The position numbers and the translations under genes were made by a program. 64,000 bases of DNA from Laetmonice hystrix. Taxonomy: Eukaryota. The notes beneath the pieces were generated by a model. That model saw nothing but the letters and a program-made list of their open reading frames with translations, ran no database searches and was not told where the DNA came from. Every line of letters starts with the position of its first letter. Positions within the stretch are counted from its first letter, which is position 1. Below are positions 12,237 through 25,299 of the stretch, piece after piece. The stretch covers positions 47,430,001 through 47,494,000 of the forward strand of contig OZ249436.1 in NCBI GenBank assembly GCA_965235115.1, read 5' to 3'.

Positions 12237-14891
12237 CTGCCGAGGGTAAAGGGTAAAGGTCAGGGGTCAGCACAAACATCGGCGGGAGGAGTCAAGGAAC
12301 GGAAATATCCGAGGTGTTCCGACCGCTGGAACCACTGGCGGTCGAACAATCAATGATGTGGCACTGTGTACTTAGGGGTGACAATGGGGTGGGCATCCAG
12401 AATGACTATTGGAGGGTGAGGAGTAGCTCAACATGATTAGGGTGAGATTAAGTATTAACTAATCTAATAATATTGGGAAAATGGACCAAAATTGTACTTA
12501 TAAGAGATATATGATGAAGATATGGATGAAACACAAATTATCCTTCTAACGTCAGTGTGCTATAAATAAATACCTATAGGCCTACTACAGTTGTATAAAA
12601 ATAATAAAATTGATAATTCTATTAAAATTAAATCTAAAGGTTTACGTTGAAAAGGGAAGACTTTTCCTTGGTTCCCCTTTACCACTTTACATTGAATAGC
12701 TTTAATAATCAAAGCATAATCAAAGAAGACCTCAACCACACCCAACATAGTCTTTTAGAGTAATGTCCGTGTTTGCCACCAGACGGCGTAACAGTAGTTC
12801 ACCCAACTCCAGCCATCTCCCCAATATACTGACAGTCTTATATCTCTACAAGACCCCTGAGGTTTACTTAGTCCATGTCTCATTCTAAACTTCCCATCTA
12901 TCCAATTAAAATTAAATCATGAAATTAATGTTCTCTTAGCAATAAACACTACACCATGTCAGAAACATGTGAAATCTTGACAAGTAATGTTTAAGTAAAT
13001 AACAAACAAACAAACAAGAAACCGGCAAGCACAACAAAGGAAACTATGTTAATATCATCTTTAATGTATGTATGTACAACTTACCATTGAGAGAGAGAGA
13101 CCGGAGAGGGCGTTAAAAAAAGATCAGTGAGAACTCAGACTATGCAGGTCAGCAAGCCACATGGCAGCCATATTTATATACGCACACACCAGTAGCAGCC
13201 GAAATTCACACAACTCACACTGCTCAGCGTAACACTCACACTCTGCCGTCAAGCAACGGAATTAAGTTCTTTCTTTTCACAGCGCCCTCTCGCGAGTGTT
13301 GTGTGTATGTATGGAGGTTTCTCTAACGTTCATCTTTCAATTATTAAACATAACATAAGGGCAACACACATCATTAGAGATGCTTTATTACCAAATGGGC
13401 AGTTCAATCGTGTATACTGAGCAAGAGCAGTTGAATTTCTGCGTTTCTGGGAATATTATGTAAGTAGAGCTATTAATGTTTTACATATGCGTGTTAAGTA
13501 CATTGGTTAACCAGATCCAAGAGAGTAATCAGTTTTATCTTGATAATGAGTCTCTAGACAAAAATGCATTGTTTACTGTGAACTACTTCATATTCTAGGT
13601 CTACTCTTGCAAGAAAACAGTTGGGACGGAATGGGTAGTTCGCTATAGATCCTCCAGGCGGCGACCGATATCTCTGTCATGATTGGTCAGTTCAGCTTCA
13701 GTCAAAATCGACGACCAAGGCCGCTGGTTACGACACGAATGGTTAGACATTAATGATATATAATTAAAAACTTAGAAAATATGTCATAGTCGGCGAATGT
13801 CAATTTGTATAAATACACTGGCTGGATTGGAAAATTATCAGTGAGTTTCACTAATCATCTGGATGATCGACCAATCGGGTTTTTCCCACCATTCTCGGGT
13901 AGGCCTACGGACCCGACCGATGTGGCCAGCAATAAAAATGATTGTTTGTCTTCCTTTGTTTCGTCCCGAGAATTGACAGTAACAATGACAGTCAAACAGG
14001 AGTCTAGTGAGGGATTTATCCTCATCGATATTTCCCCTCATTATTGAAAAGATTTACCTAAGTTTAAAAAAGAGAGAACCCCTCATAACGGCTCTGAATC
14101 AAACATTTTCCGAGGCTCCCTTTCTGTGTCGTTTATTCACATGAGGGATTGGATCGTGCAGTGGGGTGTCTTGTCTGGATCTCCTGCTGGTCCAACAGAC
14201 ATCCCAAATATCGGAGCCGAAATCTGGGCTCAGATCCGTCCGACTGTTTTCACTGGCTACCAGCAGACACCAGACTTCAGCATCTAGCCTTCGCCCTGTC
14301 TGTGACGGCGAGTGATTGTAAATACAGAGGTTATCAGATGCCGCCGGAACGGCCCCGCGCCGTCGGCCCACGGGGGGCGTTTCGTCAGGTGTATTATTTT
14401 ATTGACAACCCGACGACAACCACTTCCGCTTACAATGGACTCGATCTGGGTCTTATCTGGGTCATTCCCAGCCACTGTCTGCGAGTCGAATCTACCATCG
14501 GGCACGGCAAGCTAAATGATGGTCAGTCAAAGGCCAGTTCTCAGGTCATGACTGGTCAGTATTGGGGGGTTAGCAAGCCGACAGTAGTCACCGACTGACC
14601 AGCAGTGAGCCCTGAGTGGCCAATGGCCTGAGTGGGTTTAGTCACGTGACATGTAGCACCTTGTTAAATACATCCGGGTCCCAGCTGGTCTTCACTGGTT
14701 TCAAAACGAACTCCCACCCGCTCCCTGCGGTGGTAGATTCATGGATTCCATGACAACTAGTTCCCAGAATGCAATATCCGAACCAACCTCCCCCTTCTGT
14801 TCCTAGAAATGAGACTAAATCGTTCATGGCGTGCAGGAGAATCGACTACCACTCGTTAATTCATTCCTCATTCATTCCAGAATGATTCTAC

Positions 14892-14906
14892 TTAAAGTGT
14901 TGACAA
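14892..14906 (-). CDS. Weak candidate 15-nt microexon, phase 1-1
   Basis: Strong acceptor ttttttcttcttcag|TTGTCAACACTTTAA|gtagaa, but the donor is weak. Confidence 0.18.
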   Translation of the reverse strand: MSTL

Positions 14907-15048
14907 CTGAAGAAGAAAAAATAAAAACGTTGAGAAAGCTGAAGAAAGTGTTCAAAGGCAAGTTCAGACAATAACTGAAACAACAACCCACATCTATAAC
15001 ATGTACCTATAACATACAGTTAGGGAAAACGAAACGATAGAGGGGCTG

Positions 15049-15505
15049 CCCCATGTCAAATTGTCCGGTAGTAAGGATAACTTGTTGATAGTAATCATAC
15101 CCATGGCAAACTGTCCGGTAGTATAAGGATAACTTGTTCATAGTAATCATACCACCCCATGACAAACTGTCCGGTAGTAAGGATAACTTGTTCATAGTAA
15201 TGATACCTCCCCATGACAAACTGTCTGGTAGTAAGGTTAACTTGTTGATAGTAATCATACCACCCCATGACAAACTGTCCGGTAGTAAGGATAACGTGTT
15301 GATAGTAATGATACCGCCCCATGACAAACTGTCCGGTAGTAAGGATAACTTGTTGATAGTAATCTTACCCATGACAAACTGTCCGGTAGTAAGGATAACT
15401 TGTTGATAGTAATGATACCGGCCCATGACAAACTGTCCGGTAGTAAGGGTCCGGTAGTAAGGTTAACTTGTTGATGTAATCATACCACATCATCATAAAC
15501 TGTCG
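15049..15505. repeat. 54-bp minisatellite, ~8-9 copies
   Basis: Unit ccccatgacaaactgtccggtagtaaggataacttgttgatagtaatcatacca. Confidence 0.93.
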
Positions 15506-16840
15506 GTTAATAACGCCAAGCGAAGAACGACATCCTGCACTTGGCACTCGCGGAATATTGAACCCCGAGTTAGGACAATGCAACCTTTCATCACGCGCCC
15601 TTAATCGGCCATCGGCCCCATTCACTCCACTGCACAGTTTGACAGCATACTTCCTCGATAATCCCTTGGTTATCCATATTTTCGATAATCCCACGGTTAT
15701 TCATACCTCTGTCATCAGATTTATCCCAAACTAAACCCAAACCTATTTTAGGATGATGTTCCAGGTATCAGAGACTCCCCATGCCCGTAGAGAGACCCTG
15801 GCAACAGTTTGGTCGATATCATTAAATCCATCAAGGCACTGAGCGCATTACCATCGTATGGGAGGTGTTATATCACATTTTAATCCCACTGAAAGATGGC
15901 ATGTTTACCAGACCAGATTGTCAGAGTATAACTATTCACAGCTCTCATTTAGAAAGTACCCCTACAGAACCACGGGCCGACAGAATGGATAGGTGACGCG
16001 GTATTTCTTTGGAATCCGACAACTTCATTGCATGTTACATGCAATGTCTGGGCTTCATAAGCCAAGTTTGCTTTGGTTGGAATAAAAATGGAGAAAGACG
16101 AACAATTAGGCCAGCACAACGGCGATATCTACGCAACTCTAGTCATTCATTAAATCGCACATTCTAACAAACATTAGTTATTGAACGATCCGTTTGACAA
16201 TTTAGTTTTATTCTGGAAATAGTCCAGTCCGGTTGCCTAACTGTGACATGAATAATGAATAGTTTATCGTTTTTTCCAAACAATCTTTGTTTTTACTCTG
16301 GAGCGAAGGAGACGGAGTGATTGTAATAGATATGAGGACAGCTATCACAGGTCCTCATAACCCGTCATGGTGTACTTAGAACGTCCTCGATATAAAACAT
16401 GTGACATTTATCTTCACATCCAGACATGTTGTCCGAATCATCACAATCGTTGCAGAGTAGAAATTCTCCTTCAGATCTGCTGGTATTCCATAACTCTCAC
16501 TGCCAGGTGTGTTTATAGACTGACTCGAGGAGGACAACTGCTGTGATGGTCAAACAATGCCAACAAACAATGCCAATGCCATAAATTCCTTGAGGCTAGG
16601 TCCTGAACGGGTAGTTTAACTTTGTTTCGCGATAGCAATTCTCAACGTTACATTACCTGAAAAATTCCTTTCAGAAATAGTTTTTATGTAAGCAAAATCC
16701 TACCATTTTCTGTATCACGCTGAGAGACACATTCTCTTGTAAATGGATATTATTAATATAGTCAACCTAATCTACTCATGTCATGTTGCAGTCTATACAC
16801 GGTGCATGTTAATAATCGGCTCACAGTAATGCACCGTAAT

Positions 16841-16973
16841 GGCCTGGTATTTCAGAACTTAAAATTCTTGTTTAAGGTCAACGCTTCTGATTGGTTGGTC
16901 TGCTTTGACCAGCCAATCAGAAGCGTTAATCGTAAGCTGAAGCAAGAACTTAAGATTTGAATAAAACCTGGCC
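16841..16973. mobile_element. Palindromic Harbinger-like MITE
   Basis: Imperfect palindrome over its whole length, with central acgcttctgattggttggtc...gaccagccaatcagaagcgtt, ggcc termini and 3' flank ctg. Confidence 0.6.
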
Positions 16974-19368
16974 CTGATGACATAAGCAGGGCATGGCAAA
17001 CATTCCTTAAACCTACTCTAGCGCATGCGGCATTAACTTAATACTCATGTCTACGGCTACTGACAACACTGAATAACAAGGTGAGTAAAAACTTAACCCT
17101 TGGTTTCCTCCAGGGTCTGCCCTGGAGGGTCAATATCTAACGGAGGACGTTTGGCGGGTACGCAAGGGTTCATATAGCATTGACTTAGGGGTAATCTAAT
17201 TTATATAAGATGAAAGGAGACTGCATGGTTCGTCATCAGGATTGCAGAGATGAAGAATTAACCCCCCAAAAAAGAAAACGAAATTCAAGAGATGAATGAA
17301 AGAATGAAGACAAATAGATGAATAGTTACTGCGAGGTGTTTCTCAAAAAATCAATGTTAGTAAGTTGAAGATCTTAAATACCCCACAATTTGAAGAATTA
17401 ACATTAACCACTAGACCATTCCCACTGAATCTCACCGTCAGAAACTCCCTTTAGTAACAGGGCATTCTTTGTCTTAATCTAAATTTGAAATATTTTGTAA
17501 TCTTTTGAAATATATAAGTTAAATAAAAAATATACCCATCGGATGTTGATATTTAAAATGGGGGGAAACCCCAAGCACGCTTAACTTTGAAGCTAATATG
17601 ATCGTGACCAGAGTAATGAAAATAAGTAGCTATCCGCAATATTTAAAATCAAGTGCTGCTCTAATCTGGATAGCCGCTGGTTACGGATGGGCTCCGAATT
17701 TTATTATCTTTTACAGTAATTGACACAACCTACTTCTCTGGAAATGCCACGACAGTGTCACCTGACATCAATTACATCTCCTGACACTAGAGGGCAGCAT
17801 TGATGCGAGCTTAATTCCGTTATGAAGTCACATACCTGACCTCATGAAATCAAATTTGTGATATCCAATTGCCTCAGTGACACTCAATCAAACAAGAAAA
17901 CGGGGAAAAAAAGCAGCCTGCAGCCACGACGGAACAAGCTATGTGCTTGGAGAAAAATGACGTTTATGCAATCTAATTTCAATCTATGTTGGGGAAATTA
18001 CTCATTATCAGCACGTGAAGTGATCAATTTTTTGTGTGCGGGATATGTGCTGACTAAGACTGGCTGGTAGAGCCCGCGTACTCGGATAGGTTGTCTACTA
18101 ATGACGGATATATACAACAAATAACGACACGCCCTCTGGTGGTCAGTTTCGTCCCGTCATACCCGTTACAAGTTTACAAAGGTTATTGTCGTAATGACAT
18201 CACGTGGCAATATACGCATTGCGACACAGAGTAAAAATAATACTTCTGGTCAAATGTACATCCAAAATATTGTGCCCTTTGTGTAGAGCAGGTAGTTGTA
18301 CTAATATCATGGCAAATATGATTATCATTTAATATTGGAACAAGCGTGAGGAAAAAATTTGTGAGACAAAACTATGTCAAGATATATGAAGAGCAGTCAA
18401 ACGAAAGTCTGCTAATGAAATCCAGTCCATAGAAATCTACAAACAAGAGTTTACCAACTTTTGTATCGTTCACTTGTTTAGTAGAACTGCCATTATTGTG
18501 ACTTTACAGGGCATACCTGTGAATGTGAACACACCATCAAATGTTTGGAGAACTCCACAGGCTCGTCCACAGGTGTAAACAGTGTGCACATTTATAGAAA
18601 TTAAATAGATAAATTAAACAATGGAAGAATGAGAGAGAAGAGAGATATTGTGATAATAATTCAAGTGCAAGATCCGCCATGATTACCGAAACAACCTCCA
18701 TTCCATGATCCGTGAAACCCAAAGGATTTGGTGATAGTTTGAAACGTTCAGAGCACCCGGTATGTAACACTCCTTATTAAACCTTTCTCCCCTCCGACCT
18801 ATGGCCAGCCGAAAGTTTGGTTTCTCAGACTCCCCTCAAGCGCACCTTATCTGCGAGCTTCTCGAGACCAGAGATAACGTATAAAAACTCCTGTTTCCTG
18901 TATGCCGATATTGACATTATGATTTCTGACATCTGCTGCAACTAACCTTCTATTGGGGTTTGTAAAGATGGTCGTGTAAATAGGCCTTTCTACTGCACCC
19001 ATATTGTAAACCACATTGTACGAATAAATACTAAATAAAATATAAATGAAGAACTACCGACAGGTTGAAAAAAAATCCCAATTCTCTACCTGAGACAAGT
19101 TAATTTAGTTCAAGTCTACCAATGAAACAGAGCCCCCCCCCCCCGAGATTTTTGGCTACGTGCGACTCTGCCAGAAAACAGGACAGGGAAAAACTGTCTC
19201 AGGAAATTTGATTTGGTGCTACGTAATGATACCTATCAATCAAACCAGTGGTGGCGACTGGTAATTAAATCCTGGAGTGGAAGCAGGCCCTGTGGACTGT
19301 ATAGTCGGCCGACTGTCTGATTACAGTCCAGTCTTTGACAGATCGGCACCGCCATTCTCTTTATTATT

Positions 19369-21674
19369 AAACCTAGTAACACCTCTCCATGCCCTCTGTC
19401 AGTAAACCCTGTAACACCTCTCCCGGCCCTCTGTCAGTAAACCCTGTAACACCTCTCCCGGCCCTCTGTCAGTAAACCCTGTAACACCTCTCCCTCTGTC
19501 AGTAAACCCTGTAACACCTCTCCCGGCCCTCTGTCAGTAAACCCTGTAACACCTCTCCCGGCCCTCTGTCAGTTAACCCAGTAACACCTCTCCGTGCCCT
19601 CTGTCAGTAAACTCAGTAACACCTCTCCCGGCCCTCTGTCAGTAAACCCTGTAACACCTCTCCCGGCCCTCTGTCAGTTAACCCAGTAACACCTCTCCGT
19701 GCCCTCTGTCAGTTAACCCAGTAACACCTCTCCGTGCCCTCTGTCAGTAAACTCAGTAACACCTCTCCCGGCCCTCTGTCAGTAAACTCAGTAACACCTC
19801 TCCCGATCCTCTGTCAGTAAACTCAGTAACACCTCTCCCGGCCCTCTGTCAGTAAATCCAGTGACACCTCTCCGTGCCCTCTTTCAGTAAACCCTGTAAC
19901 ACCTCTCCCGGTCCTCTGTCAGTAAACCCTGTAACACCTCTCCTGGCCCTCTGTCAGTAAACCCAGTAACACCTCTCCCGGCCCTCTGTCAGTAAACCCA
20001 GTAACACCTCTCCGTGCCCTCTGTCAGTAAACCCTGTAACACCTCTCCCTCTGTCAGTACACTCAGTAACACCTCTCCCGGCCCTCTGTCAGTAAACCCA
20101 GTAACACCTCTCCGTGCCCTCTGTCAGTAAATTCAGTAACACCTCTCCCGGCCCTCTGTCAGTAAACCCAGTAACACCTCTCCGTGCCCTCTGTCAGTAA
20201 ACTCAGTAACACTTCTCCCGGCCCTCTGTCAGTAAACCCAGTAACACCTATCCCGATCCTCTGTCAATAAACTCAGTAACACCTATCCCGGCCCTCTGTC
20301 AGTAAACCCAGTAACACCTCTCCCGGCCCTCTGTCAGTAAACCCTGTAACACCTCTCCGTGCCCTCTGTCAGTAAACCCAGTAACACCTCTCCCGACCCT
20401 CTGTGTCAGTAAACCCTGTAACACCTCTCCGTGCCCTCTGTCAGTAAACCCAGTAACACCTCTCTGTGCCCTCTGTCAGTAAACCCTGTAACACCTCTCC
20501 CGGCCCTCTGTCAGTAAACCCTGTAACACCTCTCCCGGCCTTCTGTCAGTAAACCCTGTAACACCTCTCCGTGCCCTCTGTCAGTTAACCCAGTAACACC
20601 TCTCCCGGCCCTCTGTCAGTAAACTCAGTAACACCTCTCCCGGCCCTCTGTCAGTAAACCCTGTAACACCTCTCCCGGCCCTCTGTCAGTAAACCCTGTA
20701 ACACCTCTCCCGGCCCGCTGTCAGTAAACCCTGTAACACCTCTCCCGGCCCTCTGTCAGTAAACCCTGTAACACCTCTCCTGGCCCTCTGTCAGTACACT
20801 CAGTAACACCTCTCCGTGCCCTCTGTCAGTAAACCCAGTAACACCTCTCCCGGCCCTCTGTCAGTAAACCCTGTAACACCTCTCCCGGCCCGGTCAGTAA
20901 ACCCAGTAACACCTCTCCGTGCCCTCTGTCAGTAAACTCAGTAACACCTCTCCCGATCCTCTGTCAGTAAACTCAGTAACACCTCTCCCGGCCCTCTGTC
21001 AGTAAACTCAGTAACACCTCTCCCGATCCTCTGTCAGTAAACTCAGTAACACCTCTCCCGGCCCTCTGTCAGTAAACCCAGTAACACCTCTCCCGGCCCT
21101 CTGTCAGTAAACCCAGTAACACCTCTCCCGATCCTCTGTCAGTAAACTCAGTAACACCTCTCCCGATCCTCTGTCAGTAAACTCAGTAACACCTCTCCCG
21201 GCCCTCTGTCAGTAAACCCAGTAACACCTCTCCCGGCCCTCTGTCAGTAAACCCAGTAACACCTCTCCCGATCCTCTGTCAGTAAACCCAGTAACACCTC
21301 TCCCGATCCTCTGTCAGTAAACTCAGTAACACCTCTCCCGGCCCTCTGTCAGTAAACCCTGTAACACCTCTCCGTGCCCTCTGTCAGTAAACCCTGTAAC
21401 ACCTCTCCCGGCCCTCTGTCAGTAAACCCAGTAACACCTCTCCCGGCCCTCTGTCAGTAAACTCAGTAACACCTCCCCCAGCCCTCTGTCAGTAAACCCA
21501 GTAACACCTCTCCCGATCCTCTGTCAGTAAACCCAGTAACACCTCTCCCGATCCTCTGTCAGTAAACTCAGTAACACCTCTCCCGGCCCTCTGTCAGTAA
21601 ACCCTGTAACACCTCTCCGTGCCCTCTGTCAGTAAACCCTGTAACACCTCTCCCGACCCTCTGTCAGTACACTC
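19369..21674. repeat. 35-bp minisatellite, ~65 copies
   Basis: Unit aaaccctgtaacacctctcccggccctctgtcagt, with recurrent point variants. Confidence 0.97.
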
Positions 21675-21861
21675 AATCCCCACATCCCGTGTTCTTTGTA
21701 CATACCAGGTGCTCTGACGGTGTTAGTCCCAGTGTCGGCCGCCAGGGCGGCCAGCGCCCCCTCCCGCCCCAGGTTTTGACTCACCTTGCAGCGTCTCAGA
21801 CGTGCACAACACGCAGAGATAAGGAGGTATAAAATGGATAGCTTACATGACTCCCGCTCAC

Positions 21862-21892
21862 CTTGTTTGGCTCTCGACCGTCGCTTCTCAGC
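21862..21892 (-). CDS. Probable X11/Mint exon (AEKRRSRAKQ)
   Basis: gtgtttgtgtttgcag|GCT...G|gtgagc, 31 nt, phase 0-1. Links the 22251 exon to the 12236 exon in frame. Confidence 0.7.
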
Positions 21893-22250
21893 CTGCAAAC
21901 ACAAACACAAACAACCTGCAAACAGAACCAGCCTGCAAACAAACCCGTGGTCGGCAACTTATAACGGAAGACTAGTTCTACAACATTTGAGGCGCTTCAG
22001 TTTAAAAAGAGTTTTAACTCTCACACAAAATGCAAGTGATGAATAAATAAAAGACCATGGACAATAATGACATTTCACATCGAGTAACGGATGTGATTTT
22101 TGTCACCGTTTAACTTCATGGTACCGTACGTTACTGCCATTACACGGGTGTGTTTCTCCGTGTAACGCGTACACCCTGAATGACCTGCTGAATGACCTGC
22201 TGAGTGACCGAGTAGCTGCCTACCTGTGTATCCTGACCATCGTCACTCAC

Positions 22251-22360
22251 CTGGGCACTCCGGTTGACAGGGGGCTTGCTGAGCTCGGGTATGTCAAGCT
22301 GTTCATTGCGGCTGTACTGTTTGTCTAACAGCTCGTCCGTCTCCTCGTCTGTGTCGTACT
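22251..22360 (-). CDS. Probable X11/Mint pre-PTB exon (EYDTDEETDELLDKQYSRNEQLDIPELSKPPVNRSAQ)
   Basis: tactgac branch site, atctcttacag|AG...CAG|gtgagt, 110 nt, phase 1-0. Acidic, protein-like sequence, phase-compatible with the downstream exons. Confidence 0.7.
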
Positions 22361-22382
22361 CTGTAAGAGATAACATAGGACC

Positions 22383-23036
22383 GTCAGTAGGTGTGGGGAA
22401 ATATCCCAGCGGGTGTGGGAAACATATCACGGGATACTGGTGCTGTCAATGGGAAAACATACCCGGAAAAACAGCTCCGTGAGCGGGTGTTGGAAACACA
22501 GCACGGGATACTGGTACTGTCAGTGGGAAAACATACCCGGAAAAAAACAGCTCCGTGAGCGGGTGTTGGAAACACAGCACGGGATACTGGTACTGTCAGT
22601 GGGGAAACATAGCCGGAAAAAACAGCTCCGTGAGCGGGTATGGGGAACAGAGCCAGGGATACTGCTACTGTCAATGGGGAAACATACCCTGAAAAAACAG
22701 CTCCGTGAGCGGGTATGGGGAACAGAGCCAGGGATACTGGTACTGTCAATGGGAAAACATACCCGGAAAAACAGCTCTCTGAGCGGGTGTGGGGAACAGA
22801 GCCAGGGATACTGGTACTGTCAGTGGGGAAACATACCCGGAAAAAACAGCTCCGTGAGCGGGTGTGGGGAACAGAGCCAGGGATACTGGTACTGTCAGTG
22901 GGGAAACATACCCGGAAAAAACAGCTCCGTGAGCGGGTGTGGGGAACAGAGCCAGGGATACTGGTGCTGTCAGTGGGGAAACATACCCGGAAAAAACAGC
23001 TCCGTGAGCGGGTGTGGGGAACAGAGCCAGGGATAC
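22383..23036. repeat. 75-bp minisatellite, ~9 copies
   Basis: Unit ctgtcagtggggaaacatacccggaaaaaacagctccgtgagcgggtgtggggaacagagccagggatactggta. Confidence 0.95.
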
Positions 23037-25299
23037 CGGGACCGTCACGCGCGGAAATATCCTGAGGGAAATAGGGGCAATGTAGTTGAGGGGGGAATAC
23101 GGAGAAGCCGGCGCCTTGTGGCCAATTTTATATATTAACAGCGATGAGATGGACTTGTGCAGAGAATATAACAGAAAGAACTCAGATGTACACATTATAA
23201 TGTTGAGGGTCAAGGTAATACCATCAAATATATACCTCAAATATCTATACACTGTCTGTAAGAAAATTATTACAGTCTATAAGATATACACAGGCAAATG
23301 AGAACTTATAAATAATAAACCATTTAAATCAAATGTTATGGCTGGAATTTGACATACAATACGCATGATAAAGCTATGAAACTATAGAAATAGAAATAAA
23401 TTATTATAGTCAGTACGTTCTGCTTACAGCACCAAGAAAAACTGCTACAGCAATTCAGTATTTCTTTATAAATTGTTAATCACATTGTTGAATCTGTGGC
23501 TATTTTCTTAGAGTATAATTTTTAGAAACACTATATCTATTTAAACGCAAGCTGAAGAACGAGTGGGGTGCCTTAAAATCAGAGACAATTTCTCTGATAA
23601 CAGCATAACAAACAGGTGCAGGCAGGCAGGTTAGAAACGAGATCAAGGATCGATAGATCCTGAGGTCTTCACACTGAGTGAATGCAGATAGACAGAGCTG
23701 AAGGCAGGTTGAAGAACGAACCATTGTGAGAAAGAAAACTGAGCTCTGACGCCTGTAACAGGTGACGCTACAGACCGGAACCCTGGCCCACGGGATCGAC
23801 TCCTGTACTGACGCTATACATCAGGTTCCGAGACACGAACAATGTGGTAGAGATTAACACCATCTGAGGTCTGTAGATCAGGCTTTAGTCTGGGGAAACA
23901 GTCTGACACGGAGACACTGCAGCCTTCAAGCAGTCAGCTGGGGTCTCAACTCTGAGGGTCGGAGGTGTAGGGGCAGGGACAACTCTGTGGGTCGGAGGTG
24001 TAGGGGCAGGGGCAGGGGGTTAGAGAGAAACGAGGGGGAGACGGGCTTAGAGGCAAGGGAGAGACGGGGAGGGGTTAGAGAGAGACAGGGGGAGGGCAAG
24101 AGGCTGGTAAAATATCCTACTCCCTAGCTAAGAACCAGTATCCTGGTACTATTACAAGCTCTAAGACAATATCCTACCTAATGACAACGTTTATTGTAGT
24201 TATTTCCAAAGCCAGTTCTCAATCTTCCTACTGTAGGTCTCTCATAAATAACACTAGAATCATGGAACCAAACAGTGCTGGTTGTTCTGTTATTGGGTGA
24301 AAGTATTATTTTGGAGAATTGGGACTTTGGGGAGCTCTTACAGATATTTAGCGACTTTCCTGTTGATTTCCGTGTTTCTGTGGCGTGCTTGTGATCATTG
24401 TGTGTATGGGAGGGGTTCATGCCCGCCTGTAGGGCCTGACGCTATGGTCTGACGCTACGTGCTGACGCTACCCTCTGGCACCCATTGTGATTCCTCCATT
24501 CTCTATTCACAACGAGGCTCGCACCTCGTCACCTGATCACGTGACACGTACCACGTGACGACTGACACTACCTCGACTCGTCTCATCGCCTACCAGCTAA
24601 CATGTCGGCTAATGTGAAAAACATGTCAGTCTATGTGACCCCTGCATGACGGGAACGGCCCATGTGTTGACATATTGCTGGGAGTTATCGGCAGGGGAAA
24701 GGGCCAGCGCCTGTCTTCATTAGCTATCTATAGGTATTTGTCTCCAATCTTCAGACATTTATCTTTTATCAAGATATATTTATTTGCCCTCACCAGCCTG
24801 GTATCTGCCACCATAAGATATTTACCTGCCATTATTCGGTATTTTATGGAGATTATTCCCTGTGTTAGCTCCTTACTAGTGGCCGTGCCTGCGCGGTGGT
24901 TTTGAGACGCCCCCTCCTCCCTGATGACGTCACGTTCCTGACGCCTTCCGACAGGTTATTGGGTCACCGACGTGTGATGAAAGGCTCGCCCTCAGTAGTT
25001 CTCACCCCGGCCACCAGAGGACCGCACGGAGCCAGCCCCCCCCCCCCCCAACCTGTCACATGCTCCAATCATTTATAACCGGAAGTTAGCACCTAACGCC
25101 TGCGCCCTTCGCGCCCCTCACTATCCTGACGTTCCTGGCACTGTAATGCCGCCTGGCGGTGATTCTGGAGAACACAGCTCGACCAGCCGCGGACAGCCCT
25201 CGATATTAAAACCTGGCCAGGATAACACTATGAAAGGATCACCGAGTAGGAGGGAGGGGGGGGGGGGGATCATTCATTCCGTCATCTGAGGATAACATG

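Noticed and set aside
13079-13140. Consensus donor ATG|gtaagt after a pyrimidine tract (minus strand)
   Set aside because: No adjacent AG; the available acceptors give in-frame stops, and splicing to 12236 gives ATG-TGA.
16650-16670. AG|GT (tttttcag|gtaatg) possible recursive splice site
   Set aside because: Short pyrimidine tract, moderate intron length, expected by chance.
18720-19050. Possible 3' end of an old LINE
   Set aside because: Only a vague RAP..N..P resemblance and an A-rich tail; insufficient.
22384-23252. Cys/Trp-rich repeat ORFs
   Set aside because: A 75-bp array (a multiple of 3) translated in several frames.
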